Source: Fimicolochytrium jonesii
Lineage: Eukaryota
Length of the DNA stretch: 64,000 nucleotides
Assembly: GCF_025526975.1 (NCBI RefSeq)
Contig: NW_026515689.1
Coordinates: forward strand, 434,001 to 498,000
Direction: 5' to 3'
Made by a program: the position numbers and the translations under genes. Below are positions 50,401 to 64,000 of the stretch, in pieces. Within the stretch, counting starts at the first letter, position 1; each line of letters opens with the position of its first letter. The notes beneath the pieces were generated by a model. That model saw only the letters and a list, made by a program, of their open reading frames with translations, was not told the origin of the DNA and did no database searches.

Positions 50401-53094
50401 TGTACCGGCAAGGGATAACGCGGCGCTTGGATCTTGGCGGTTTCTTGATCAAGCCTGTGCAGCGTATATGCAAGTATCCTTTGCTCATCAAGGAAATATT
50501 GAGATTCACTTCCGAGAGGTCTCTGGACTTTACCGTCTTGACCGAGGCATTGGAGCGAATTCAATGCATTCTCAATATTGTGAATGGAGCTTCGGGTCAG
50601 GTGGAAAATCTGCGCAAGTTGGAAGACATCCAGCAAGACTTTGTAGAGAAAATTCTGCTCGTCTCGCCGACACGCCACCTTCTTCGTGAGGACATGGTGT
50701 CTGTTGCATTCGGCGATACCAAGAAGGCAAGGGTGCTTTTCCTTTTCAACGACTCTCTGCTGTTTGCGCGGAAAGATTGGAGGGACAAATATCACCTCAT
50801 GGAAAACGTCCTTCTGAAAGACTGTACCGTTGCCGATGTACGCAATAAGAGCACTCAAGCAGGTAAGTAAGCTTCGCTAGTGCTCAGTCAGAAGGTATGA
50901 TCTGATTCCATGTTCCACAGCTACCACCCTTCTGGAATTTGAGCAGAAGAACAGGGACTTCACGCGCCCCGGTCTGGACCGTTTCGTGTTTTTGATGCCA
51001 TCGCTGCAAGCCAAGCAGGCATGGCTGGAGGCCTATCGAACCGTCTGCCCGCTCGGTATCACAATCCAATTGAAGGAGATCAATGATGCCGTCGATATTG
51101 CTCCCGTCTCTATCGACGACGAAGATGATGAGCGTCATAAACCTGCCCGACTCTCAGGCGAGCCGGACGCGAGTATCGAAGCAACTCGAACAATTGCGGC
51201 CCTCAAAACACAGATTCGTGAGGAGCAAAATAGGGCTCAGTTGCTAGAAGTTGATCTCGCAGCGGAAAAGCAAAAAGTAGAGACGATTGAAGCTGAACTT
51301 ACTGAGGCTAAAAGCGCTATCACTTCTGCTTCAGTGTCATACGATGAGAGCAGTCGCAATAGTCATCAGAAAGCGGTTAATCTTGTCGGTCAGGTCGATG
51401 CCTTATCAGCACAGCTTGATGAGCTGAAAGAAATCACCAATGCGCAAAACTCTCGCATTGCCGAGCTGGAGATGACCCTTGCTGATCGAATGGAGCTTGT
51501 TTCTACGCTGAACGAAGAGAAAACTACGCTGGCAACCGCGAATGCTCAGCAGCTCCAACAAATCAGTACTGGCACGGAGAGTATCGCAGCGAAGAATCGA
51601 CAGGTTTCAGATTTGCTGGCAAAGCTGCTGGCAATGGATACAAAGCTCTCGGAACTACAAAGAGTGGAAAACGATTGGACCGCCCAAGTCCAATCATTGC
51701 AGGACCAGTTGGTGAATTCGCAGGCGGAAATCGCGCGGAAGGATGTGGAGACGCTCGAACTCCGAGAAGAGATCGCCATGATGGCAAAGAAGATTGAGCA
51801 GTTGGGCAATGACGCCGCGCAAAACGACAAAGAACTGCGGAAAAGTTTGGCGCAATGCCAAAGTGATTTGCAAGACCGATCGGACGCATTGGTCGCCAAA
51901 GCGGCTGAACACTCTGATGTCGCCAAGAAGCTGTCTAAAGCCGATGCGAAAGTAGCTGAATTACAAAGCGACCTCACGGATGCGCGGAAAGGTCTCCAGG
52001 AGGCCGCTGTGCGGATCAACGGAGCAGAAGATGCGCGTTCTCGAGAGCGCCAGGAATTCCGAGAACTGACAGACAAATACAAGAGCTTGAAACAATCCTT
52101 TGAGCATGGTAGAGCGCAGTTTGAGTCTCTGCGAGCAACTTACGGCAAGACCAACGCTCGTTATAACGCTCTGATTGAAACCAACAGAGCAAACCGCTCC
52201 GAGCGTGACGATGCGAGGAAGGAAGTCGCTCGACTCGCATCGCAGCTCGAAGCCTTGACCGCACAGCACAACGGTTTACTTCGCGCCAACGCGTCCCAAA
52301 ATGACATGGTGGCGAATCTTACTAGCAAGTTGGAACAAGTCGAGAGGGAAAGGAACTTGGCCTATCGAAAGGCAGACGATGCTAGCGCGTCCGAGGCGCG
52401 GCTGATGAGAGAAGTTGGGGTGGCTCGAGCAATAGAGGAAACTCTGAAAGAGAACGTGCGCTACCTGACAGTACAGCGGCAATCGTTGCAGGTTGATCGA
52501 CTGGAGAGCCAGACGAGGGAGCGCGAAGCATATCAGAAAAAACTGCGGGTTCTCATGAAGAAGAATCGGGAACTGAGGGCTATGAGAGTTGGAATTGTGA
52601 GCCAAGGTCGGGCGCTGGCATGGCAGGAGGACGGCCACTCTAGGAGTTTACCTGCACGCTCAAGTCACGGCACCTCCAGCACATTGCTGTCGAATGGGTC
52701 TTCACGGCGAAGAATAGCTGATGAAGACGGGTCTTTGAGTGAGCTGATAAGGCAGTTAGTGGCGGAAAAGGATACGTGGAGGTCAGAGAAAGACGGATGG
52801 GAAGCTGAGAGGGAACAGTGGAATACGGAGCGGTCTGAATGGGAAGCCGAGAGAGAGCATTGGGAAGCGGAAAGAAATGCGTACGAAAGTATTCTGGAGA
52901 GTTGCACTGCAGAACATCAGGCTCTCCTGCAACAATTTGCCGGGTTCCAGATGTCGGCGGAAGCTCAACTCCGAGTCTGTCATGAGCAGCACGGGATGAA
53001 GTCTACGAAATCCGGGTCAGCAGAAGATGTCATCTCAGTCGTGGACCGAAAAATCCGCGAGCTTCAAATGTACAAAATGGGTCTTGGACATTAA
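47490..53094 (+). CDS. Dbl-family RhoGEF: disordered acidic N-terminus, two SH3 domains, DH-PH, long C-terminal coiled coil; one intron near 50863-50920
   Basis: SH3s (DELQLDVGD...WWFG...GFFPASCV; DELDLSVGD...GWWKG...GWFPS); DH (ELMNTERDYVRDL; FLIKPVQRICKYPLLIKE); PH (LFLFNDSLL...KQAWLEA); heptad-rich tail. Confidence 0.9.
49712..49757 (+). repeat. In-frame 21-bp tandem duplication (SNSLPRN x2) in the RhoGEF
   Basis: cagtaacagcttgccgcgaaa cagtaacagcctgccgcgaaa, one mismatch. Confidence 0.8.
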
Positions 53095-53542
53095 ATTCTG
53101 AGGGGACAATGTATATAGGAAGAGCTGTGGAGCATACTTCCACGGACAAAGTAACTGTAAATGTTTTTATCGAAACGTAACTGATGTAAATCACCGACTC
53201 ATCGCGGGATTTGCCGATGTCCAGTCAGGGTCGTGGGACCTAGCTCAAATATCCCGTTCAGCGGAGTCGCATCTGCGCACAGACGGGTTGAGGCAGGTGC
53301 ACTGGTATAAGTTGTGCTAGGGAGAGAAGCTCGTCGGGTATGGGACTGCGACGTCGTCCAGGTCCACTGGAGGCAAGTAACCTAGTGCCCTTCTTGCTCA
53401 CTGACGCCAGTTCGCAAGCATCCGTTGTTGCTGTATCTGGTCCGTCGCGTAGGACATGTATGGCGTTCGCATTCACAGACTTCCAGCAAACGAAGCCCTC
53501 CCGCAATAGTCCACGTAAGGTTTGTCCTGCCGGTACGTAGCA

Positions 53543-53968
53543 TCAAGTCCCTAATGGAACGTTCTGAGCCAGTCGATCCCCCGTATACCCCCATTTTGTC
53601 CGTTGTGTCAGATACACCGACATCCACACCACCACCACGGCCAGCCATACAATCGACCCTGCCAAAGACGCCAGGGCAACTTCCATGCGCATGTATGGGG
53701 AAGGAGATTGATCAGTAAACGTGCTTTTTGGAGTGACACCACGGCAACCCCCCGACGTGGGCTGGCACCAGCGAGAAGCCAAACAAACTTCCGCCAGGCA
53801 ATACTCACGTCGTCGTACAGTCCCAGAAAGGTCCGCTCGTCGCCTTGTCTCGGGGTACATGTATGCAAAGTTGACAAGCCATAAGAACGGGAGTAGCAGA
53901 AACCCGCCTAAAAAATACTTCCAGGCCAACGACCGGATGGCGGATTCGGGCATGGAGCGAAGGGACAT
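53543..53968 (-). CDS. PSENEN: Gamma-secretase subunit PEN-2, 2 exons (intron 53680-53808), about 98 aa spliced
   Basis: KYFLGGFLLLPFLWLVNF, second hydrophobic segment SLAGSIVWLAVVVVW, RTKWG..GD and C-terminal PLG match PEN-2. Confidence 0.9.
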   Translation of the reverse strand: MSLRSMPESAIRSLAWKYFLGGFLLLPFLWLVNFAYMYPETRRRADLSGTVRRREYCLAEVCLASRWCQPTSGGCRGVTPKSTFTDQSPSPYMRMEVALASLAGSIVWLAVVVVWMSVYLTQRTKWGYTGDRLAQNVPLGT

Positions 53969-55234
53969 TTTGGGTCCTGTGGATTGTAAGCGTTGCAGCC
54001 GGTAGGCCTCTTCAGCCGAGATTGCCTGTCTCCTGCTTCCTCAAGGGAGGCTCGAGGCACGCGGAAGCTTGAACTCAGCTAGGGTACTCACAGTGCTGTG
54101 AAAGCGAAAGCTGTGTACGACTGTGAAATTGCGAACGCCTCCGCCCTCAACATCAGCCACCACCTAAGATTCCAAGAGTCGTTGCAACAGAGATCGGGAG
54201 CAGCAACCTTCAGAGAATTCGTTATTCAAGTCAAGCATGATGCAGACACGGCAGTGCCCGATGGGGTTGATAGCCGCAGCCCCCACTGGCCTGCACCATC
54301 GGGGCAACCAGTTACAGTATAGCGAAAGCCAGTAATACCCGATTATTCGGTTTCCGATCATCATCCCAGTAACTTCCGGACCGTCCGTTCACTACATTAA
54401 TTGCGACCTTGATTGGCACCAAAGATAAGCTATGGCGCCGAACGGCCGTCATGTGGGCAGCCAGTGATTCCCTAGCGCCGCCAACGTGGATTCTGGAACC
54501 AGCGCTGCGCGAAAGAATTGATGACTCGGAGGAATCACAACACCGTGCATAAAAAGGCCTGAGAAGATGAGATCTTTGGGCGAAGACTGGGGCTTTCGAG
54601 TTTTATAACGCCTCGGTATGTTTTTTTCTTCTCTTGGGCGTTTTGCTTTTCTTAAGCCTTGCCAATGCCTGCCACGGCCTGACATGCTGCCCATGCAGCT
54701 ACTGGCAGGCGAGGGCTGCAAAGTGTCCGAGCCATGCACCTCGACAAGGTTGAACGAATGGAATCTCAATGGATTGTCACCCACGGCATTTTGTAGATGT
54801 ATGGAAAGGCGACTTGCCTTTCTAGCTGATTGTCGTCCAGATTGTCGTCCGGCGTACGGCCACAAGCACAAAACACGAGAAGGCGACGAAAATGAATACG
54901 CGAAGGTGTATGGGCTAAAAGCTTTTGAGAGTCTCCGCAGCACTCGTCGGACTCCTTTAGTAGTACAGTACCTGCAGACGCTTTGGCAGCCTCTTAGATT
55001 TTCAGTATCCATAGCGCTCCCCGGGCCGGACCACCCCGCAGGAGTCTGAAAGTTCTGAAGAATCAATTCTCGAGTAAAGGACGTCTCCATATATGCGCGA
55101 TAGGAATTACCCAGAATCTCCCTCATTACCGCTCTCCTCCTCCTCCGGCGTATTTACGACATTCGTCGCCGACCCACCAGCCGAGATTCCCGAAAACGTT
55201 AAAACCCTGCCACTCTAGGATAAGCTTAAAGAGG

Positions 55235-56618
55235 ATGAAGCTCGAGAATCTTCTAAACGGCGAGTCGGCTGCATACGGCGGACCGAACGCCCACCTTGCT
55301 CCGGGGCCCGCTGGGAACTCGAAGCCCCGGCCCCGTCGAGCGCGGAGTCCAACAGCCGTCGAAGAGCCGTGAGTCCTGAAGACAGTGGTACTTCGATACG
55401 ACCGGCTCGCACTCGATATTTACCATTGTGTCTTCCCGTAGTCAATTCTCGCGCCCTACCACAGGTCTTCCCTCGTTCAAATCCTTGGAAGAAAATGTAC
55501 TGCCAAAACCATACCCTCCATCGATGTCTGCGCAATTGCCAGGAGCTCCACCACCATGGCCCGCAGTACCATATATCGATCCATTCAAGCCACCATCAGC
55601 ACGTTCCCCTGAGCCCCCAACCCGCCTTACCGCCCGATACACCGACCACTTCTCTCTCCAGGATGGTCACTCACGGACGGCCACGGAATCGCACAAACCG
55701 TCTCCGCACAAGGCGGATGGAATCGGAGACCCGCAAATGTATGTACGCGGCGGAGATTTCTCGCGGGGACATTATCCTATGGAGGTGGAGCAAACGATGC
55801 CACATGGCCCATCATTCCTCAGACAACAAGGCCCGCCGCATCAAATTCATCACCAGTTCTCGTCTAGTCAACAAGCACCGACGCATCTTGAACCGGCGCA
55901 TCATGAACCGGCGCAGCATGAACTAGAGCCGGAACAAGATATGTCCAATGCACCGAAACTAAAGCGGAAGCGGGCGACACCGAGTCAGTTGCATGTCCTG
56001 AACGCCGTGTTCGCGCAGACCCATTTTCCTTCGACCGACCTTCGCATCCGTATTGCCGAACAACTTGGCATGACCCCAAGGGCCGTGCAAATCTGGTTCC
56101 AGTGAGTATAGGGAGCCCTTGAACTTTGACTTCCAGCTTCCCAATGCCCCTTGAAACTTACCTCGGAACTTTATCTCAGAAACAAACGGCAAGGGGAACG
56201 AGTAAAAACCGTCAAACCGTCTTCCACTCCGATCACTCATTCTACACCACACCCTCAAGTGGGCTTCGGCCAACCCAGCTTAATGAGCACGGAGCGACAG
56301 CTTGGGACCCTCATATCCCCGCATGTACCTATCCCCCCAGTACAATCAGGGCCTAGCATGCCATCTTCGATCCCCCCTCACGTCCAGCCGATGGACGAGG
56401 AATCAATCCTGATGAGGGCCCAGCACCGCTTACACGGCCCAGCACCTCATACACGGCAAGTTCAGCATCACGCGCTGGAGCTTTCAATGTCTGAACCACG
56501 GCGTAGTACGGAGAACGCCAGACTGCATCAGCAACAGTACTTGGAACGATTACCGATTAATCAGTGGCCTAGCCGGCCTGCCCCATCGGGGCTTCCACAT
56601 CATCAATACCCGTTATAG
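55235..56618 (+). CDS. Homeodomain transcription factor, 3 exons
   Basis: Exon 1 MKLENLLN (55235-55368) splices in frame to 55442; homeodomain KRKRATPSQLHVLNAVF...RIAEQLGMTPRAVQIWFQ, intron, NKRQ. Confidence 0.9.
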
Positions 56619-57234
56619 CGAACGCTGAGCTTATCCGTCATGAGTCGCGGCCGCCGCGGCGGCTTTCAATTGCCAGCACGCGCCTCAAATAGGGGAGGCA
56701 GCAACAGCGGTGGAACCCGCTGCAGATTCTCCGCCTTCCCGGTTTCCTACCGTGATCTCCCGTCCATCCACAAATTACGGACCATTCCCTTCACCCGCAT
56801 CGTCGGATTTGACATCTCCCCCATTTAGATTAGACGAAAGTCTCTAGCCCTAGATACCCCATAGTTGCACACGGCAGCAGAAACGTTCAACATGAGCGAC
56901 TAGGACGTGTCGTTGTGATGGAGAGGAGGGTGTACGGCGTATAATGTACCACTATATACGAAATGAAAGTTGCTTCCTCTGCCCTCAACGCGTTCAAAAT
57001 CTCCTTTGGATTGCCGAGGACGACTACTCGTCAGCTTTCCACAGGACCAGACTCCACCCTGATCTCTATTGCAAAGTTGAAGCAGTTGTCCCATCGCCCC
57101 AGTGAAGTGTCCAGTGAGATGCTGAGTGAGATGCAAGCTGCGCGCGTCAGTTTGATGTCAAAAATGCGGCCGCGGTCCTGCGGCACCCACACGCGTTCTG
57201 CTCGTTCTGTCTTGGCTGGAACTTGAGCAAATGA

Positions 57235-58581
<1,347 letters not shown>

Positions 58582-59125
58582 TACCGACCAGCACTCCGTG
58601 GGAAACCACGGGCTCCGATTTCATTTCCTCAACCTCCGCCCAACGATTCACAAATCGCATCCCTCCCCGTACGTGGGCGATGCGGAGAGGGCGTCTTCTT
58701 TTGGGTGTATATATTGTCACCGAGTTTTCGATAATAGAGGCAATCAAGTGTAAACCGAATGTGGCCTTGGTTCCACAGTTGGTTACTGCCAACAGTGAAT
58801 CGCTGAAATGCGGTCAATGTCGCTCTGAGTGACAGGAAAGCGCAACGAAAATATATATAAGGGTACAGGAGCAGAGAGCGTCCCGTCCAAAATAGTGAAA
58901 CACCAGAACCAGTAACCACCATGCATCGGCGCCGCGCCCGTCGCCAGTCCCAACCCAGTGAGGAGTGTAAGACGGTGCGTTGACATAACAACCAAAGCAC
59001 AAAATAAACAATGAAAGAACCGAAGACGCCGGCAAAAAGTAAGAAAAAACGGAGGGATATCGTATTCTCATTTTAAGTAGTTTGTACATCCGCAAGAACG
59101 CATGAGTGCGCCCTGTTTAGGGCCT

Positions 59126-60622
59126 TTATCTTCCAGCTTTGACCGCTTTCGTTGGGGTTTCCGTAGCAGCTGGCGGTTGGGATGTGGAGGATGCTGCTGG
59201 CCAGTTACTATTCGACGGTCCGGACGTCCTGCTCGGCGAGACCCCGTTCACGGTTGCCGCGACGCTACTTGTTGCGGCGGTCGTTGACTTTGACAAGGCT
59301 TCCCCGTTGTTTGTCGATGCGCCGTTGACGGGACTGGCGCTGGAGGTGGATGTGCCGCCGGTTAGGACGCCGCGCTCTTCGAGCTGGTCGTAGTAGACGA
59401 CCCATTCCTTCTTCACGCGGCCCCACACGCCCGGGTCGAAGAAGACAAAGATCCCGCGTTCGAACCCGACACCTTTCGTAGCGATGGCCGCTTCTGCTGC
59501 GAGGGATTCGGGGGATCGGTCTTTCGACACCCACAGCTTCAGCTCTTTATGGAACCGCCAGCTTCTGTTGTACAGCTCCTGCGCCGCGGCTTCTTGTAAG
59601 GACTCGCGTGGTTGTGCGTAGAAGAGGTAGAACAGGGTCTCGTCACTGAACGAAGAGACTTTCGTCATCGATGGAGGCGGCGACTGAAGGAGGTTGTAGC
59701 AGCCTGGGAGGTTGAATTGCGGTTCGGATCCGAGGGTGGGGTGTTCGGAGAATGGGGACATGAAGGTGGAATATAGGGAGTCGTTGGAGGAAAGGTTCAG
59801 CCCTAAGGATGTCAGGTCACATCCGAGATGGATCATGTTGGCGTCTGGATCCGTCAGCCGTATCACGTCGAGGAGTCCATACAATCCATACTTGTCGGAG
59901 GTACCTGCCGGCGGAATGGGCGTTGGTCCACCGGGCGGCGTTGGGGTGGGATCTCGTGACGACACCGACCCCGCAGACTGCGTTTCCGAGTTTGACGCTT
60001 GACCCTTCGTGAAACTCGAGCCGGATCCTATTGGCCGCTTGGACGGAGTAGTCGAATTCGTCCCACTTCCCGACTGCTGAGGCGTGCCACCGCCGGGACC
60101 TCCCATCTGCCCTCTTCCACCACCGGAACTCGCTGCCGCTGGTAGCCCGCTTATGACCGACGGTCCACCAAACGCCATGCCGGTGCCCATGGGCGACATT
60201 GGCCCTCCACTACCATTCAACGAGGGCCCAGATGATCCATTCACCATCGCACCCCCATCCCCACCAACGCGTGGCGTCGGCATATTACCCGGCGGTCGGT
60301 TTATGAATTGCGAGTCTGGAGGATGCGACGATAGCATATGCTGCGATGACTGCTGCTGGTGTTGTTGCTGGGCCTGTTGTAACTGCTGCTGTTGTTGCGG
60401 TCCGCCCCCGCCTCCGCCGCCAGGTGTCAATGCTGGGAAATCGTCGATGGTGAAGTCAGCAGCGGACGACGAATTCGGAATCCCATTCCGTGATCCTTCT
60501 GCCCCGGCGGGTACTCGTCCACCCGCTATACTTGAGAACGACAGAAGTGACGGCCCGTTTGCTCCTACGCTGCCAAGCTCTCTCGTTGGATGGGATCCTC
60601 CTAGTGCTGGGAAATCCGACAT
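59126..60622 (-). CDS. NOT2: CCR4-NOT subunit Not2/CNOT2
   Basis: DFPAL motifs, DKYGLYGLLDVIR, LGCDLTSLGLNL, NOT box FSDETLFYLFY...ELYNRSWRFHK. An upstream intron (donor near 60795) means the start could extend further. Confidence 0.93.
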   Translation of the reverse strand: MSDFPALGGSHPTRELGSVGANGPSLLSFSSIAGGRVPAGAEGSRNGIPNSSSAADFTIDDFPALTPGGGGGGGPQQQQQLQQAQQQHQQQSSQHMLSSHPPDSQFINRPPGNMPTPRVGGDGGAMVNGSSGPSLNGSGGPMSPMGTGMAFGGPSVISGLPAAASSGGGRGQMGGPGGGTPQQSGSGTNSTTPSKRPIGSGSSFTKGQASNSETQSAGSVSSRDPTPTPPGGPTPIPPAGTSDKYGLYGLLDVIRLTDPDANMIHLGCDLTSLGLNLSSNDSLYSTFMSPFSEHPTLGSEPQFNLPGCYNLLQSPPPSMTKVSSFSDETLFYLFYAQPRESLQEAAAQELYNRSWRFHKELKLWVSKDRSPESLAAEAAIATKGVGFERGIFVFFDPGVWGRVKKEWVVYYDQLEERGVLTGGTSTSSASPVNGASTNNGEALSKSTTAATSSVAATVNGVSPSRTSGPSNSNWPAASSTSQPPAATETPTKAVKAGR

Positions 60623-61393
60623 GCTTTTTGATCTCCACTTTTTTGGGATATGACTTCGGGAAGTAGATTTCTACGGGAAACATGAAACCTACAAGTTACA
60701 GGTCAGAAAAAAGAATAGACACCAGACTGTTGAAGGAGCAGTGGATTCTCCAGAGGATTCCGAAAAGGTTTGACTTCATCTGTCTTCCAACGTACCTGTC
60801 CCGTTTTGAGTAAGTTGACGCCGTTGGAGTGTGCCAGTTTACCTTCGGACGCCTAGGACGCGAAGAGGTCACTCCGCCTGCCGTTCAGTGTCGAGGGATC
60901 AACCGGAGGGAATGACAGACAGGTACTGCGATGCCTCGCTACGGCGACGAGCCCTGGTAGTTTTTCTTTGTTTGGGGCGAGCGTTGCTTGTGAAAGGAGT
61001 GTGCAGCATGCACAAGAGCGTTGGGAGCACAGCTTGTGGGAAGGCGCATCACTCACTTACTCTGAGATATACTGTACTGTACAAGCTGCCGTTCGCGTGT
61101 TCTCCAGTGCCCTCCTTTCCGCGCAGTCCATCGAACCACCAACCCATCGACAACGTATTTGGGAAGAATAAAGATCACTATATCTATTGAATTCGAGTCT
61201 GTATGTATATTCTCAGGAGTGAGACGAAAATACATAAATGAAAAGGGAAGAAAAAGAAAGCGTGTCTAGAAAAGTAAGGAAGACCAAGATTGAGAGCTTG
61301 TTCGCCAACCCGGGCGGAACGAAGCGGTCTATGAGGGGACGTAAAACGGATTGATGATTATTGAGCGGGAATGGGACGTCGATTTCTGATTCT

Positions 61394-63298
61394 CTACTTG
61401 AAGAGTCCCTTGTTCTTCTTTGCCTTCTCGGGCGTTCCGGGCCGTCCCTCCAGACGCCTCTTCTTCTCTTCAAGCTCAATGCGTTGCTTGTCGAGCTGCT
61501 CTTTCATCTCCCTGTGGCGAGCGTAGAGTTCCTCTTCGCTTTGCTTCAGCTTGTTCTCCTTCTCCGCCACCTTTTGCTGGAACACGGCCTTCATTTCGGC
61601 CTCCATCTTCGCCATCTTTTGCTCGTGAGCTGCCCGTTCGTCATCGAACTTAGAGCTGCAGATAGAGGAACGGATTCCGTTCGTTTAGCTTCCGGAATAT
61701 GATGACGAACTCTCCGCACGCCGACAACTTACCCAGAGCCTGGTGCAGATGATCCACCGTCGATGCCACCGCGCTGCAGCTTGCCCATACGGTAAGACTC
61801 GTACAGAACTTCGTTGGTGAACTCCTTGAGCTCCTCCATGTGAGTCCTGAGCGCAACGAAAGATCAGTACCACAAACACATGATTGGCCTCGAAGCTCAG
61901 ATTTGCGAAAACCGACCTGATGAGCATTTGCCTCAGCTTGATAAAGTCACAATGCTCCTCGTTGTCGACCTCGATCACACCCCATGGGTACTTGCGTCCA
62001 CGGACTTTCCTTCCGTTGACATCGACCTCCTTGTCACTACCAACCACGGCGAACGGAATGCGGGCCTGCGAGACAACCGAAATCAGAAGGGCGTGCTTCC
62101 TCCGAGCACGAAATCAGGTTATACATACGATGATGTCCTTATTCTCGGCAATGGTTTCTGGGTCCTCGTTGTCGTAAACTGGTGGCTGATATATCTGGAT
62201 CTTGTTCTGGTTGATGTCATCAAGGATCTGATGGTCGCATCGTCAAAATCAGACCTCCGCAATACAACCATAGCTACGCGCGCAACGATTTAATCCACAA
62301 CATACCCTGATCTTGAACGCCTTGATCTCATCTTCCGTCAGCGTATCAGATTTTGCAATGACAGGGATCAGATTGACACGCGATGCAAGGTGGCGCATAA
62401 ACTCGATGTCCAAGGGCTTCAGAGAATGTCCCGTTGGTGCAATGAAGTACAGGCAGGCGTGGACACGGGTGTCGACGACCCGCTTGCGGTTGACTCGGTT
62501 CTCCTGGTCCAAAAACGCATCGTACCGGGCCTCGATGTTTTCTAAGATCGGGCGCCAGCTCTCCTCGTTGTTGACGAAGTCACCGAATCCGGGAGTGTCG
62601 ATCACGGTGAGCTTCAGCTTAACACCGTTCTCCTCAATGTCTACGTCGACGCAAGTCCGTCAGTACCCTCCCACCAAAGTCCCCTGGCTCCCTCTCGAAG
62701 TTCGGAATCCCCCAATCATACCAGCGCTGATGGCCTGAATATCAACGGTTTTGGCGGTGTCGTGGGTGGGTTCCTTGTTCTCCTTATTGGGATACAGCGA
62801 GGTGTTGAAAAGGGTGTTGATCAAGGTGCTCTTTCCCAGACCAGATTCACCTACAAGAGTACACACCCATCAGTTTCGCCGGTCGCATGAGTTTCCCGCT
62901 CCACAAATGAATCAGCTTCCTCACCGACAACCATGAGGGTGAATTGGAAACCCTTTTTTATCGATTTGCGGTGAACCTGGTTCGGGAGGTTGTGGAAACC
63001 AACATATCCGGCAAGCTTCTTCTTGACGATGGGGATCTGGCGCGCGAGAATTGTGCGACTATCATCAGCATCCAACCTTATGGCAACGGAAAGCCTTGGA
63101 AGAGCGGCGCTTACTGAAAGGTCTACAATTTCCAAGTTCGTCAGGTAGCGATTGTTAAACGTTAGTGGAGATTCCCGGTTCGTCCGTCCGTGGTGTCAAA
63201 ACGAAGTGGTGGACCACCCCTTCTCCTCTCTCGACCGTATCCCGCAGTGAAAGTTCGCCCGTATGGTGCCCATCAGCATCCGCTAACTTACCGGCCAT
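61394..63298 (-). CDS. CDC3: Septin, Cdc3/SEPT7-like, multi-exon with N-terminal micro-exons
   Basis: [37 protein letters not shown] (G1), DTPGFGD (G3), AKSD (G4), GRKYPWG septin unique element, tail [18 protein letters not shown]. Confidence 0.9.
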
Positions 63299-64000
63299 GT
63301 TTGCGAAACTAAAGGGAGAATAGGGCGAGGGCGAGAACGTGTTAATTGCTGATTTTCCCACGCTCGCTGATCAGCAAGTGCGGCCTTCAAGAACTCGCTG
63401 ATCTAAGAGACGCTTCTCCCTGGACCGTGCACGTCCTGCTTCTCTACCGCAGCCTCACCTTAGTTGTCAGCCAGGTCCGTGTGAGTGTTGGGGTCCGCTG
63501 CGTGGAGCACCTGTGATTTCCTGTCGTTTGCAGAAGCTCTCACGAACGGCAGCTTTCGGGTGACCTTTGGGCGGCGTGAAATTCCCTGTGGCGACGAACG
63601 ACAACCGCGTCCATATGTTGGTGATAGCATACAGTATGTACGTACATACCGTACTTAAGGTAAATAGATGCTGATCATGCCAACAAAAGCAACCAATCAG
63701 CAACTCACTACAGCCACGCAAGCCACATGCGCCTCCGAAAATGTCCAAAGCGACGGGAACGCCAGAAATGTGCTCGTTGGCGTCGTTTGAAAACGTTGAC
63801 TTTGGGGGGCACGCTCTTAGATTTAGCAGGCCTAATCAAAATGTCTCTGCAGAGGGCGAGAAGCAAAAATTTCCAGGGCGCGCGCCTGGAACCAACCGCC
63901 ACAACGGGCCGCTGTGTCTCTCTCTCTCACATCATCATCTCTTTCTTTGCAGGCCCCGTGAAACTCGGCGTGATACCTGACGGACGGCCGGCTCTTGGTG

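Noticed and set aside
50474..50482. GTATCCTTT, a U12-type donor consensus
   Set aside because: Encodes the conserved KYPL of the DH domain within a continuous exon.
54000..55230. 225-aa and 143-aa ORFs upstream of the homeobox gene
   Set aside because: No recognisable motifs; more consistent with regulatory or 5' UTR sequence.
63871..63891. Inverted repeat TTCCAGG-GCGCGCG-CCTGGAA
   Set aside because: Single short palindrome near the window edge with no supporting context.

Overview
Gene-dense (about 21 genes in 64 kb), intron-rich eukaryotic DNA with mostly short (~50-90 nt) GT-AG introns. Fungal-type housekeeping genes (PMT1, MET30/SconB, YPI1, VPS74, CDC3-type septin, REV3, CAC2, FIG4, NOT2) sit beside axonemal genes (DNAI4/WDR78, DNAJB13) and gamma-secretase PEN-2. 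This points to a zoosporic fungus, most likely a chytrid (inference). No tRNA, rRNA, CRISPR array or autonomous transposon was seen. Most notable: (1) two unusually long introns in unrelated genes (RTR1/RPAP2 and PMT1) share a ~60-nt hairpin-containing element and further motifs, both sense to the host transcript; (2) a ~14-exon gene encoding an N-terminal helical (possibly MLKL-like) domain, an EF-hand and a polybasic tail; (3) a TAC(A/T)GTA motif recurring in upstream intergenic regions; (4) a ribosomal-fusion ubiquitin with clustered T22S, D/E24Q and G53D changes; (5) a C-rich to G-rich switch within individual exons. All gene models were traced by eye, family calls come from remembered motifs rather than database searches, and CDS coordinates span start to stop including introns.
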